This document shows, one piece after another, positions 1 to 10,176 of a DNA stretch of 50,601 nucleotides (position 1 is the stretch's first letter; the number at the start of each line of letters is the position of its first letter). The notes below the pieces were generated by a model. It had not been told where the DNA came from. It searched no databases and saw nothing but the letters and a program-made list of their open reading frames with translations. The position numbers and the translations under genes were made by a program. The stretch is from positions 1 through 50,601 of the forward strand of contig JBBSHB010000004.1 of assembly GCA_038253515.1 (NCBI GenBank), read 5' to 3'. The stretch comes from Gemmatimonadales bacterium. Lineage in GTDB: Bacteria > Gemmatimonadota > Gemmatimonadetes > Gemmatimonadales > GWC2-71-9.

Positions 1-576
1 CCCGGCCGGCCCAACCTGGCTCTGGCGGATTTCGTCGCGCCGCGGGAGACCGGGGCGCCCGATTGGATGGGTGGCTTCGCGGTGACGACCGGTATCGGGC
101 TCGATCGGCTGGTGGCCGACTTCGAGGCAGCGAACGACGACTACTCCGCCATCCTGGCGAAGGCCCTGGCGGACCGGCTGGCGGAGGCGTTCGCGGAACG
201 GCTGCACGAGCGGGTGCGGAAGGAGTTCTGGGGATACGCGCGGGAGGAGTCGCTGGACAACAGCGCCCTGATCCATGAGAAGTACCAGGGTATCCGCCCG
301 GCGCCCGGGTACCCGGCCTGCCCGGACCACACCGAGAAGCGCACGCTGTTCGACCTGCTGCAGGCCGAAGCGAACGCGGGGATCTCGCTCACCGAGAGCT
401 TCGCCATGCTGCCGGCAGCCGCGGTCAGCGGGTACTACTTCTGGCACCCGCAGGCCCAGTACTTCGGCGTGGGAAAGATCGAGCGCGACCAGGTCGAGGA
501 CTACGCCCGCCGGAAGGGCATGGACGTGGCGACGGTGGAGCGCTGGCTGGCCCCGAACCTGAACTACGAGCGCTAG
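1..576 (+). CDS. metH: B12-dependent methionine synthase, C-terminal activation domain (5'-partial)
   Basis: Frame open from base 1 ([14 protein letters not shown]...). Contains [30 protein letters not shown] and [10 protein letters not shown], typical of the MetH AdoMet-binding domain. Confidence 0.96.
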   Translation, partial: PGRPNLALADFVAPRETGAPDWMGGFAVTTGIGLDRLVADFEAANDDYSAILAKALADRLAEAFAERLHERVRKEFWGYAREESLDNSALIHEKYQGIRPAPGYPACPDHTEKRTLFDLLQAEANAGISLTESFAMLPAAAVSGYYFWHPQAQYFGVGKIERDQVEDYARRKGMDVATVERWLAPNLNYER

Positions 577-577
577 C

Positions 578-2452
<1,875 letters not shown>

Positions 2453-2487
2453 CCCACGCTTCCGGCCAATCTCGGAGCCATGTCTCT

Positions 2488-3651
2488 ATGCAGGACCTCC
2501 GCACGGCTGCTCCGGCCCTCACCTCCCTCGCTGAAGAAGAGACCATGTTCCAGGACTCGGTCCGGGAGTTCGCCGAGACCGAGGTGAAGCCCCACGTGCA
2601 GGCGATGGACGAGGCGGCCCAGTTCCGGCCCGAGCTCATCCCCAGGTTCTTCGAGCTGGGTCTCATGGGCATCGAGGTGCCGGAGCAGTTCGGTGGCGCC
2701 GCTGGCGGGATCTTCATGTCGGTCCTCGCCATCGAGGAGCTGGCCCGGGTGGATGCCTCGGCCGCCATCTACGTGGACGTGCACAACACCCTGGTCAACA
2801 ACGCGTTGCTGCGGTGGGGCACGCCGGAGCAGCAGGCCCGCTATTTCCCCCGGCTCACCAGCGAGCTGCTCGGCGCGTTCGCGCTGTCCGAGCCGGGCAG
2901 CGGGAGTGACGCCTTTGCGCTGGCCACGCGCGCCGAGCGGAAGGGCGACCGGTGGGAGCTCACCGGGCGCAAGTTCTGGATCACCAACGGCGCCGAGGCG
3001 GGGGCGTTCATCGTCTTCGCCAACACCGACCCGTCGAAGGGATACAAGGGCATCACCGCGTTCGTAGTCGAGCGAGGCTTCCCTGGATTCAGCGTCGGGA
3101 AAAAGGAGAACAAGCTCGGGATTCGGGCGTCGAGCACCACGGAGCTGATCCTGGAGCAGTGCGTCGTGCCGGAGGAGAACGTCCTGGGACCGGTCGGCCA
3201 AGGATACAAGATCGCGATCGAGACCCTGAACGAAGGGCGCATCGGCATCGGCGCCCAGATGATCGGGATCGCGCGTGGGGCGCTCGAAGCCGCGACCACC
3301 TATGTGAAGGAGCGCAGGCAGTTCGGCAAGGCGATCGCGGAGTTTCAAGGGGTCCAGTTCCAGCTGGCCCAGATGGCCACCGATCTCGAAGCCGCGCGGC
3401 TCATGGTCTACAATGCCGCGCGGCTCAAGGATGCCGGCCATCCGTTCGCTCAGCAATCGGCCATGGCGAAGCTGTTCAGCTCGCAGGTCGCCGACCGGAC
3501 GACCTCCAACTGTCTGGAGCTTTTCGGAGGGTACGGCTATTCGAAGGAATACCCGGCGGAGAAGTACTACCGGGACGCCAAGATCGGGACGATCTACGAA
3601 GGGACCAGCAACATGCAGTTGCAGACCATCGCGAAGACCCTCCTCAAGTAG
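2488..3651 (+). CDS. Acyl-CoA dehydrogenase (short/branched-chain type)
   Basis: FALSEPGSGSD, GRKFWITNG, KLGIRAS, FGGYGY and IYEGTSNMQ motifs. Confidence 0.95.
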   Translation: MQDLRTAAPALTSLAEEETMFQDSVREFAETEVKPHVQAMDEAAQFRPELIPRFFELGLMGIEVPEQFGGAAGGIFMSVLAIEELARVDASAAIYVDVHNTLVNNALLRWGTPEQQARYFPRLTSELLGAFALSEPGSGSDAFALATRAERKGDRWELTGRKFWITNGAEAGAFIVFANTDPSKGYKGITAFVVERGFPGFSVGKKENKLGIRASSTTELILEQCVVPEENVLGPVGQGYKIAIETLNEGRIGIGAQMIGIARGALEAATTYVKERRQFGKAIAEFQGVQFQLAQMATDLEAARLMVYNAARLKDAGHPFAQQSAMAKLFSSQVADRTTSNCLELFGGYGYSKEYPAEKYYRDAKIGTIYEGTSNMQLQTIAKTLLK

Positions 3652-3653
3652 GC

Positions 3654-4517
3654 TCAGCGCCGACGAGGCGGCCGGGGCTCGGGTGGACGCGCCCGGGTCA
3701 CGGTGTCGGGTGCCAGCGCCCGGTCGATTCCGTGCAACATCCCGTTTCGAGCCATGAGGTCGGGTTGTACGACCCGGGCATCATCCGCCCGCAGGCTCCC
3801 GCTGGCCGAGTCGCGGGTGAAGCGAACGATTCTCCCACTCTCCGCAGTGTGCTGCCCGCCGCTCAGAAGCTCGGTGGTGCGGAGACTCCCCGCGAACACA
3901 TGGTCCGCCACCCAGCGATTCAGCAGGACCGAGTCGCTCTCGAGACGAGCGAGGACCGGCGGCTGCATCCGCCGGAGCGCAAGATCGTTGGGGGCAAGCA
4001 GCGTGTAGGATTTGGCGCCGGAGAGGCGCGGAGCCCAGCCGGAGCGCTCCACCAGGCGCAGGAACCTGCCGTACTGCCTGGTGAGCTCCGCCGACTGAAG
4101 CAGATCGGGGAACTCCGAGCGGGAGAGCCCGCCGCCCCGGCGGACATCCATCCGGGCCGTGAGGCTGGTATCGTCAGGCGGCGGCGGGCTCGGCTTGGGC
4201 GTGTCGCTCCGACGCGCCGCGGTGTCCGCTCGGGGGGCAGCGCCGGCCCGAGCCGTGGTATCCTTGCGCGCGCTCGAGTCACGGGCAGTGGAGTCGCGGC
4301 GGGTGGAGTCCCGCCGAGTCGAATCGGTCCGGGTCGAGTCGCGCCCGGTGGTGCTGTCGCGCGAGCCGGCATTGCCTGACCGGAGGCTGTCCACCGCCCG
4401 CGTGGTGTCGGTCGCCTGTTGAGCCCGGAGCGGGGACGCCGCCATCACGGACAGGAGCAGGAGCCAACGCCAACCGGGGGCGCGACGGCGCCCCCGGGCC
4501 CGATGCTTTGGTTGCAT
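3654..4517 (-). CDS. Secreted fasciclin (FAS1) domain protein with N-terminal DST-repeat region
   Basis: Signal peptide ending LRA-QQ. FAS1 H1 motif YTLLAPNDLA and H2 motif NGMLHGIDRAL. Confidence 0.85.
   Translation of the reverse strand: MQPKHRARGRRRAPGWRWLLLLSVMAASPLRAQQATDTTRAVDSLRSGNAGSRDSTTGRDSTRTDSTRRDSTRRDSTARDSSARKDTTARAGAAPRADTAARRSDTPKPSPPPPDDTSLTARMDVRRGGGLSRSEFPDLLQSAELTRQYGRFLRLVERSGWAPRLSGAKSYTLLAPNDLALRRMQPPVLARLESDSVLLNRWVADHVFAGSLRTTELLSGGQHTAESGRIVRFTRDSASGSLRADDARVVQPDLMARNGMLHGIDRALAPDTVTRARPPEPRPPRRR
4255..4362 (-). repeat. Coding tandem repeat of about 15 bp encoding (R)DST(x)R pentapeptides
   Basis: Translation RDSTTGRDSTRTDSTRRDSTRRDSTARDSSARKDTT; recurrent gagtc units on the + strand. 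Confidence 0.85.
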
Positions 4518-4528
4518 ACCGTGCGCGC

Positions 4529-4939
4529 TCAGCGCGAGGTTGAATCGTGCTGCTGAGGCCGGTCGTACCCCGCCGTATCGCGCGCCATCGTGTCCACCGG
4601 CGCGGCCGCGCTCGAGTCCCCTACGCTCCGGCCCGTGGAATCCATCCTGCCACCCTGTCCCAGGGTCGTGTCCCGCTCGATGCGCGTGTAGTTGGTGGTG
4701 TCGTGAGTGGCCCCGGTTCCCTGACGCTGGAGGAGCGTGTCCACCGGAGTTTCCGGCTTGGGGGGTACGGTCGCCGTGTCCCGCTCCATGCCCCGATAGC
4801 CCGGAGGGTTCTGGATCGAGGCGGTATCCTGGGCCGTGGCGGTCCGGGTGTTGTCGACCCGCGCGGTGGTGCTGGAGCAGGCCAGGCCGACCGTCAGCAG
4901 GGTAAGAGCGGGGAACCGTACAGACGTGTGAGCTCGCAT
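4529..4939 (-). CDS. Hypothetical low-complexity lipoprotein (136 aa)
   Basis: ATG at 4939 preceded by AGGAGGT Shine-Dalgarno; lipobox-like GLA-C; D-S/T rich. The longer ORF-track call to 5461 is over-extended. Confidence 0.75.
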   Translation of the reverse strand: MRAHTSVRFPALTLLTVGLACSSTTARVDNTRTATAQDTASIQNPPGYRGMERDTATVPPKPETPVDTLLQRQGTGATHDTTNYTRIERDTTLGQGGRMDSTGRSVGDSSAAAPVDTMARDTAGYDRPQQHDSTSR

Positions 4940-5007
4940 TTCGACCTCCTCAGATCGCGTTCGGACGCGCCGATAACAGGTTGGCTGAGGGGAACTCGGC
5001 AATGTGG

Positions 5008-5049
5008 ACGGTATCCGGCCGGGGTGAGCGCTGCCGTGACCATTGTCAC
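5008..5049 (-). promoter_or_regulatory. Palindromic operator GTGAC-CATT-GTCAC (5036-5049) plus -10-like TACCGT (5013-5008)
   Basis: Same motif at 8894 and 38261; 22-nt spacer to the hexamer; upstream of the lipoprotein-fasciclin pair. Confidence 0.7.
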
Positions 5050-5209
5050 CCGTCGACCCCCCCGGGGGGCCCGAGAATTGCACGCTTGCTCCGTGGCCTG
5101 CAGCATTTGCCGCCGAGCCGCACGCGGCGGTTGATCCAGCGAGATAAACAAGTGGCGAGTATGACCTTAAGCCTTGACATCCCGGTGGGGCCAAAGGCAT
5201 ACATAGGGG

Positions 5210-5218
5210 ATTATAGCA
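5210..5218 (-). promoter_or_regulatory. Possible extended -10 promoter TGCTATAAT
   Basis: Perfect TGnTATAAT on the minus strand in an AT-richer intergenic patch; no clear -35. Confidence 0.35.
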
Positions 5219-5291
5219 GAATCTCCGCAGCGTGCTCGCCACTGCAGCACCCGGACGCACCTCGTCATCACTACCTACGGTCGGGACCTCA

Positions 5292-6845
5292 GTGCGCTCT
5301 TCGCAGCCCCTTGCCCGTTTCGCCGTGGCTCTGGCCCTCGTGGGTTGCCTGCAGAGCCACGTCGTCCCTCTGCACGCCCAGACCGATGCCCAGTGGCTGG
5401 CCGACCGGATGTCCTCCTGGTACCAGCGGGCGCTGCGCACTTCCCCGGGCGAGTGGGGCATCGCGGTGGCCGATCAGTCGGGCCAGATGCTCTGGAGCGT
5501 GAAGCCGGATCAGCCGCTCATGCCGGCCTCTACCGTGAAGCTCTTTACCACCGGATTCGCCCGCAGCGTACTCGGCGGGGGCGCGCGCCGCCCTACCCGG
5601 GTGGTCGGGGTCGGGTCGCTGGAGCCGAGGACCGGGGAATGGATCGGGAGCTGGGCGCTCGAGCTGAACGGCGACCCGTCGCTCGAGCGGGCCGAGGGCT
5701 CGGGCCCCACGCTCTATGACCTGGCCCTCCAGCTCGCCGGGGCCGGGATCCGGAAGCTCACCGGACCGCTGCAGGTCCAGAGCACCGACGGGCCCGCAAA
5801 CGCCGTCTATCCGGCGGCCTGGTCATCCCGGCATCAGGGTCGAATCTTCGCCCCTCTCATCGGCCCCCTCACCCTGCACGAAAACATCGTCTGGCTTACG
5901 GTGGCTCCCGGCACCAAACCGGGGCAGCGCGTCCGGCTCATCGAAACGGCGCCGAGCGGCATCGGATCGATGGTGACCGTCACCGCCAAGACACGGACGG
6001 GTCGGCGCTCCCGGCTGGCGCTGCGCACCCGGCTGGACGGCAGCTGGGTGGTCAGCGGAACCATCGGCATGCGGGCGGGGCCCCGACGGCTGACCGCGGT
6101 GGCCGCCGATCCGCGCGCCCTGCTGAACGCTGTCTGGGGCACGGCGCTCAACCGAGCGGGAATCAGCTGGAATCCTTCCCCCTTCATCGGCGCGCCACCG
6201 ACCGGCGGCATCCAGATCCTGGCGGAAGTGTCATCGCCGTCGCTCGACTCCCTGGCCAGCGAGATCAACCGCCGGAGCCTCAACTTCGGCGCCGAGCTCC
6301 TGTTGCAGTGGGCCGGTGGGCGCGACCGCGCCCCGGAGCTCCTGACCGACCACGTGCGCCAGGTGATCGGGTCCCCGGACGGGGTCTATCTGGTGGACGG
6401 CAGCGGTCTCTCCTACGCCGACCGGGTGACTCCCGCCGCGTTCGTCTCCTATCTCGCCAAGTTCCCTGCCACGCCGGCCGGGCGGAACTTCCCGCAACTG
6501 CTGCCGGCCAACGGCAGCGGCACGCTTCACCGCCTCAACAGCGGCTTTCCGGGTGTGGGTGTGGTGCGGGCCAAGACGGGCACGCTGGGCCGGGTCTCCA
6601 GCATCGTGGGCTACCTGGGCCGACCGGAAGGCACCTTGCTGGTGGCGCTGATGTACAACGGGGGCAGGCCCTGGGCGGCCCGGCAGGCTCAGTGGAAGCT
6701 CTTTCGGGAGCTGGGCGCCAATGGCGTCGTCATCCCCAGCGACACGCTCCCGGAGGCGCCGGTCCAACTGGGAGGTGAGGCGACGTCCCACCCGGCCTGG
6801 TGGCCGGTAAGTCCGGCCAATGCCGACTCCGCTTCCGAGCACTGA
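5292..6845 (+). CDS. dacB: D-alanyl-D-alanine carboxypeptidase/endopeptidase (PBP4, peptidase S13)
   Basis: SxxK (ASTVK), SxN (SLN), KTG and DGSGLS motifs; N-terminal signal. Start uncertain (GTG 5232 or 5292). Confidence 0.9.
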   Translation: MRSSQPLARFAVALALVGCLQSHVVPLHAQTDAQWLADRMSSWYQRALRTSPGEWGIAVADQSGQMLWSVKPDQPLMPASTVKLFTTGFARSVLGGGARRPTRVVGVGSLEPRTGEWIGSWALELNGDPSLERAEGSGPTLYDLALQLAGAGIRKLTGPLQVQSTDGPANAVYPAAWSSRHQGRIFAPLIGPLTLHENIVWLTVAPGTKPGQRVRLIETAPSGIGSMVTVTAKTRTGRRSRLALRTRLDGSWVVSGTIGMRAGPRRLTAVAADPRALLNAVWGTALNRAGISWNPSPFIGAPPTGGIQILAEVSSPSLDSLASEINRRSLNFGAELLLQWAGGRDRAPELLTDHVRQVIGSPDGVYLVDGSGLSYADRVTPAAFVSYLAKFPATPAGRNFPQLLPANGSGTLHRLNSGFPGVGVVRAKTGTLGRVSSIVGYLGRPEGTLLVALMYNGGRPWAARQAQWKLFRELGANGVVIPSDTLPEAPVQLGGEATSHPAWWPVSPANADSASEH

Positions 6846-6869
6846 GCTCCCACGCGGCCGGCACACCAT

Positions 6870-6896
6870 GAGGGCCCGACGATCGGTCGGGCCCTC
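6870..6896. terminator. Hairpin between convergent genes
   Basis: Perfect 11-bp stem GAGGGCCCGAC/GTCGGGCCCTC with a 5-nt loop; U-tract weak. Confidence 0.6.
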
Positions 6897-6919
6897 TGGC
6901 TATCCAGCCTGCCCCCCCT

Positions 6920-7645
6920 TTAAAACGTCACATGGGCCAACTGCTGTCCCTGCGGTTCGGACGAACGATTGAGCGCGGGCTCCACCGTAAGGGCCGCGCC
7001 CATGACCGGTGACCGAACCGGGGGCATCCCGAGCGTGAAGAAGGCCGGGTGAGGGGTGTCGGCGTTCACGATGACCGAACGCACCATGCCGCTCTCGGTG
7101 ATGAACCAGAACTGATAGACGTTGCCGGCGGGCGCCGGTGGGAGCCCGTGGACGACCACGCACCAGCGGTGCGACACCGGGTCCTGGAAGATCAGCAGCC
7201 CCCCGTGCCGACCCTCCATCGCAATCGGTAGCTGCACTACCTGCCGGGCACCACGCAGCACCGACAAGGTGTCCTCCAGCGCGAGGAGCCGATTCTCCCG
7301 GTCGGCCAGGACCGCACGCAACGCGTGCCGCTCCTCCCCGCCACGATACCCCGCACCAAGCGCGAGGAGCAGGGCGGCCGCCGCGACGCCGTACGGCACC
7401 CACTGTCGCCAGCGTCCGCGCCGCTCCAGGATCTCCGTCGCGGCACGCCGGGCGAAGCCGGGCGACGCCGCTTGGGGTGGGAGCGCCATGGGAAGCCAGG
7501 CGAGCTCGCGCTCCAGCCGGGCGACCGCCGCACCGCACTCCTCGCAGCGGGCCAGGTGATCGCGAAAGGTCCGCTCTTCGCCCGCTTCCAGGCTGCGCGC
7601 GACGAACCCCGCGCGGTTCTCGACGTACCAGTCGTGGGCGTTCAT
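6920..7645 (-). CDS. Membrane-anchored anti-sigma factor (zinc-binding anti-sigma motif + RskA-like C-terminal domain)
   Basis: HxxxCxxC (HLARCEEC), one TM helix, YQFWFI and ALTVEP...SSEP motifs; ATGA overlap with the sigma gene. Confidence 0.88.
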   Translation of the reverse strand: MNAHDWYVENRAGFVARSLEAGEERTFRDHLARCEECGAAVARLERELAWLPMALPPQAASPGFARRAATEILERRGRWRQWVPYGVAAAALLLALGAGYRGGEERHALRAVLADRENRLLALEDTLSVLRGARQVVQLPIAMEGRHGGLLIFQDPVSHRWCVVVHGLPPAPAGNVYQFWFITESGMVRSVIVNADTPHPAFFTLGMPPVRSPVMGAALTVEPALNRSSEPQGQQLAHVTF

Positions 7646-8289
7646 AGCACCCAATCCTTGATGGAAGCCAGCGAGACGCGAAGCTTGTCGAAGGCGAGCC
7701 GGAGCCGGGTCTTGACCGTGCCCACCGGGATGCCCAGCTCGCGCGCGATCTCCGAATGGGTGAGCCCCTGGAAGTAGGCGAGACGGACGGCCTCGCGCTG
7801 GTCAGCGGGCAGCGCGGCAAGCGCGCTGTGCACCGACTCGTGGACGTGCCATCCGGGCCGAGCGGCCTCGTCCAGCTCACCGCCCACCCGCCCGACCGGC
7901 AGGGCATCGAAGGTCTCCGCCCGTGCGTGCTTCACCTGCCAGCGCCGCCGGCGCCGCAGCCGGTCGATCGCCCGATTCCGGGCGATCCGCAGCAACCATG
8001 GCATGAGCCCTCCGGGTTCGTTCCCCAACCGGCCGATCCCGTCCCAGGCGGCGGCGAAGACCTCGAGGACCACGTCCTCCGCTTCGTCCGCATCGGCCAG
8101 CATGGACTGCGTCAGACCGAGGAGCCAGGGGCTCGCGACCTCGATCAGCTCGACCAGCGCCTGCTCCTCCCGGGCGACCAGCCGCTGGCGGAGCGAACGC
8201 TCGGTCTCCAGCGTGAACGCCTCCCGCCCGGCCCGCCCCTCCTTGGGCGGGCCGGACTTCTTTCCGGGCTGGGACTCTGATCGGGCCAC
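7642..8289 (-). CDS. ECF RNA polymerase sigma factor (SigK-like)
   Basis: Region 2 AEDVVLEVF...WLLRIARNRAID; region 4 LAYFQGLTHSEIA...GTVKTRLR. Confidence 0.93.
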   Translation of the reverse strand: MARSESQPGKKSGPPKEGRAGREAFTLETERSLRQRLVAREEQALVELIEVASPWLLGLTQSMLADADEAEDVVLEVFAAAWDGIGRLGNEPGGLMPWLLRIARNRAIDRLRRRRRWQVKHARAETFDALPVGRVGGELDEAARPGWHVHESVHSALAALPADQREAVRLAYFQGLTHSEIARELGIPVGTVKTRLRLAFDKLRVSLASIKDWVL

Positions 8290-8442
8290 GCCTATGACTG
8301 CATCGACGGGGCGCCGAGCGCAAGCCGCGGCGGGACCCGCTCGAACTAAGAACGCCGCGGCGGAAGTTCCGGTTTGCGGGAGGGGAAGGGGGGAGAGCGA
8401 ACGGCGGATGGCCGCAGGAGGCTTCCCCTGCGGCCGGATGGC

Positions 8443-8664
8443 TCAGGCGCGGCGCGCGCCTGAGGCCAGCAACACGACACCACCGACGATGGCGAGGGCA
8501 CCGAGCAGCGGCGGGACCGGAAGCGACTCCTTCTTGTCGGCGCTCGCCTGGATCGGCCCGAGATCGAGCACCTTCTCCTTGTGGGTGTAGGAGAACCCAC
8601 CGTAGGCGAGCCCGGCGATGCCCACGATGATCAGCAGGATGCCCACGATCGTGGCGGCCTTCAT
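8443..8664 (-). CDS. Small two-TM membrane protein (DUF3185-like)
   Basis: MKAATIVGILLIIVG...KVLDLGPIQ...PLLGALAIVGGVVLL; ATGA overlap with the upstream gene. Confidence 0.85.
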   Translation of the reverse strand: MKAATIVGILLIIVGIAGLAYGGFSYTHKEKVLDLGPIQASADKKESLPVPPLLGALAIVGGVVLLASGARRA

Positions 8665-8810
8665 ACGACTCGTCGTCCCTGGATCAGCTGAATGAGTGCG
8701 ATGACCACGGCGACGACCAGCAGGACGTGGATGAATCCTCCGAGCGTGTAGGAGGACACCATCCCCAGCAACCAGAGCACGAGCAGAATGACGAAGATGG
8801 TCCAGAGCAT
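8661..8810 (-). CDS. lmo0937-family small membrane protein (49 aa)
   Basis: MLWTIFVILLVLWLLG...GGFIHVLLVVAVV...GRR; GAGG Shine-Dalgarno upstream. Confidence 0.9.
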   Translation of the reverse strand: MLWTIFVILLVLWLLGMVSSYTLGGFIHVLLVVAVVIALIQLIQGRRVV

Positions 8811-8864
8811 TTTTCCCTCCTCGGTGAAACCAGCGGCCCCAGCACCCATGGCATACCCTGGGGT

Positions 8865-8907
8865 AAGGTAGGGGGGATCACGTCCGCCCCGCGGTGACAA
8901 TGGTCAC
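8865..8907 (-). promoter_or_regulatory. Palindromic operator GTGAC-AATG-GTCAC (8894-8907) plus -10-like TACCTT (8870-8865)
   Basis: The 15-mer GGTGACAATGGTCAC is identical to the reverse complement of the 5036 site; 23-nt spacer to the hexamer. Confidence 0.7.
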
Positions 8908-9071
8908 CGGTTGAGCGCGGCGTCGGTCCCCATGCTCCCCGGTGACGGCCGGACGTCTGTGCGGTCCGGAGTTGCCAGGGTGGAATCCGCGCCCTAACTT
9001 CGGGCTGCTCCTACCAAGGCGGCTCCGCACTACTCTGTGTCTCACTCAACTCATCCCCTGAGGACTTTCGT

Positions 9072-10040
9072 ATGAGAATGCTGCATTCCGGCTTCCTGCT
9101 TGCCGGAGCCGTCGCTATGACGGCGTGCGAGCAGAATACATCCCCCACTGATCGGGCAGGAGATCGCGCCCCCTCCTTGGCCGCGACCTCGACCGGCGGC
9201 AACATGCTGGTCGGACTGAACCGGCGGCTGGCGGCGCGCGGGCTCAAGGTTCGAATCGCCTCCGCCAGCTACGTGACGAGCGCCGCCAGCGGTCAGGCAG
9301 GCCAGACCATCTTCGCGTTCGATCGCGGGAACAAACACCTCGGAACCGATTACATCCCCAATGACCCACGCCGCCATCCGGGGACGAACATCACGTACCT
9401 GGTGGACCAGAGCGATGGCGCAACCCACACCGCACCAGTCCTGACCAGCGCGGAGACCGAGGGGGCGATCGATCGGGCGATGACCACCTGGGAGAGCACC
9501 ACCCGGTGCTCCAAGTTCGCCATCGACAAGGTGGCTGACCCGGGCGTGGACCCTGACCTCGTCGATGGACTGATCCTCGGCGATCCCGCACTGATCGGCA
9601 CACCCTTCTTCGCCGATATCGTGCACGCGGGGTGGGAATCGGCGGCGTTTTTCGATGCCTTGGCGCCAGGCGGAAGCCAGTTCATTCTGGCGGTTACCTT
9701 CCCGTTCATCTTCACCGACGCCGCTGGAAACCCCACTGATCTGGACCGCAATGGCGAGTTCGACACCGCGTTCAACGAGATTTACTTCAATGACGCGTTC
9801 GCCTGGGGCATCGACGTCAGCACTTTCCCGTTCGACGTGGAGACCGTCGCTCTGCACGAATCGGGTCACGGTCTGAGTCAGGCGCACTTCGGCAAGATCT
9901 TCCTGACCAACGCCAACGGACGGGTGCACTTCGCACCCTTCGCCGTGATGAACGCGGCGATCTCACGTCAGGAGCACGATCTCACAGGTACCGACCTCGC
10001 CGGGCATTGCAGCCTGTGGGGAAGCTGGCCGAACCAGTAG
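9072..10040 (+). CDS. Lipoprotein zinc metalloprotease (metzincin / matrixin-like)
   Basis: Lipobox MTA-C; HExGHxxxxxH (HESGHGLSQAH); Met-turn AVMNA. Confidence 0.8.
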   Translation: MRMLHSGFLLAGAVAMTACEQNTSPTDRAGDRAPSLAATSTGGNMLVGLNRRLAARGLKVRIASASYVTSAASGQAGQTIFAFDRGNKHLGTDYIPNDPRRHPGTNITYLVDQSDGATHTAPVLTSAETEGAIDRAMTTWESTTRCSKFAIDKVADPGVDPDLVDGLILGDPALIGTPFFADIVHAGWESAAFFDALAPGGSQFILAVTFPFIFTDAAGNPTDLDRNGEFDTAFNEIYFNDAFAWGIDVSTFPFDVETVALHESGHGLSQAHFGKIFLTNANGRVHFAPFAVMNAAISRQEHDLTGTDLAGHCSLWGSWPNQ

Positions 10041-10059
10041 GATCGCCTCTCGTTGCCAG

Positions 10060-10095
10060 ACAGGGGGCTTCGCCACCAGGGCGGGCCCCCTGTTT
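10060..10095 (+). terminator. Rho-independent terminator
   Basis: ACAGGGGGC...GCCCCCTGT stem followed by T residues, 20 nt after the stop codon. Confidence 0.65.
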
Positions 10096-10176
10096 GATGA
10101 CCGGCTAGATTAAGGCGCCTCTCCCATCAGGCTCGGTCGATGGGTACCGGCAACATCCACCCGGCACGGAGACCGA

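Noticed and set aside
5174-5205. TTGACA -35 for dacB
   Set aside because: No convincing -10 at 16-18 nt spacing, so not called.
4940-5461. N-terminal extension of the lipoprotein ORF to 310 aa
   Set aside because: Overlaps dacB and the promoter region; the strong SD and lipoprotein signal place the start at 4939.
5973-5983. GTGAC-C-GTCAC inside dacB as a fourth operator
   Set aside because: Spacer is 1 nt rather than 4, and it lies in coding sequence (Val-Thr-Val-Thr).
8853-8858. GGGTAT SigB-like -10 upstream of the lmo0937-family gene
   Set aside because: No GTTT-type -35 at the proper spacing; the operator + TACCTT model fits all three sites better.
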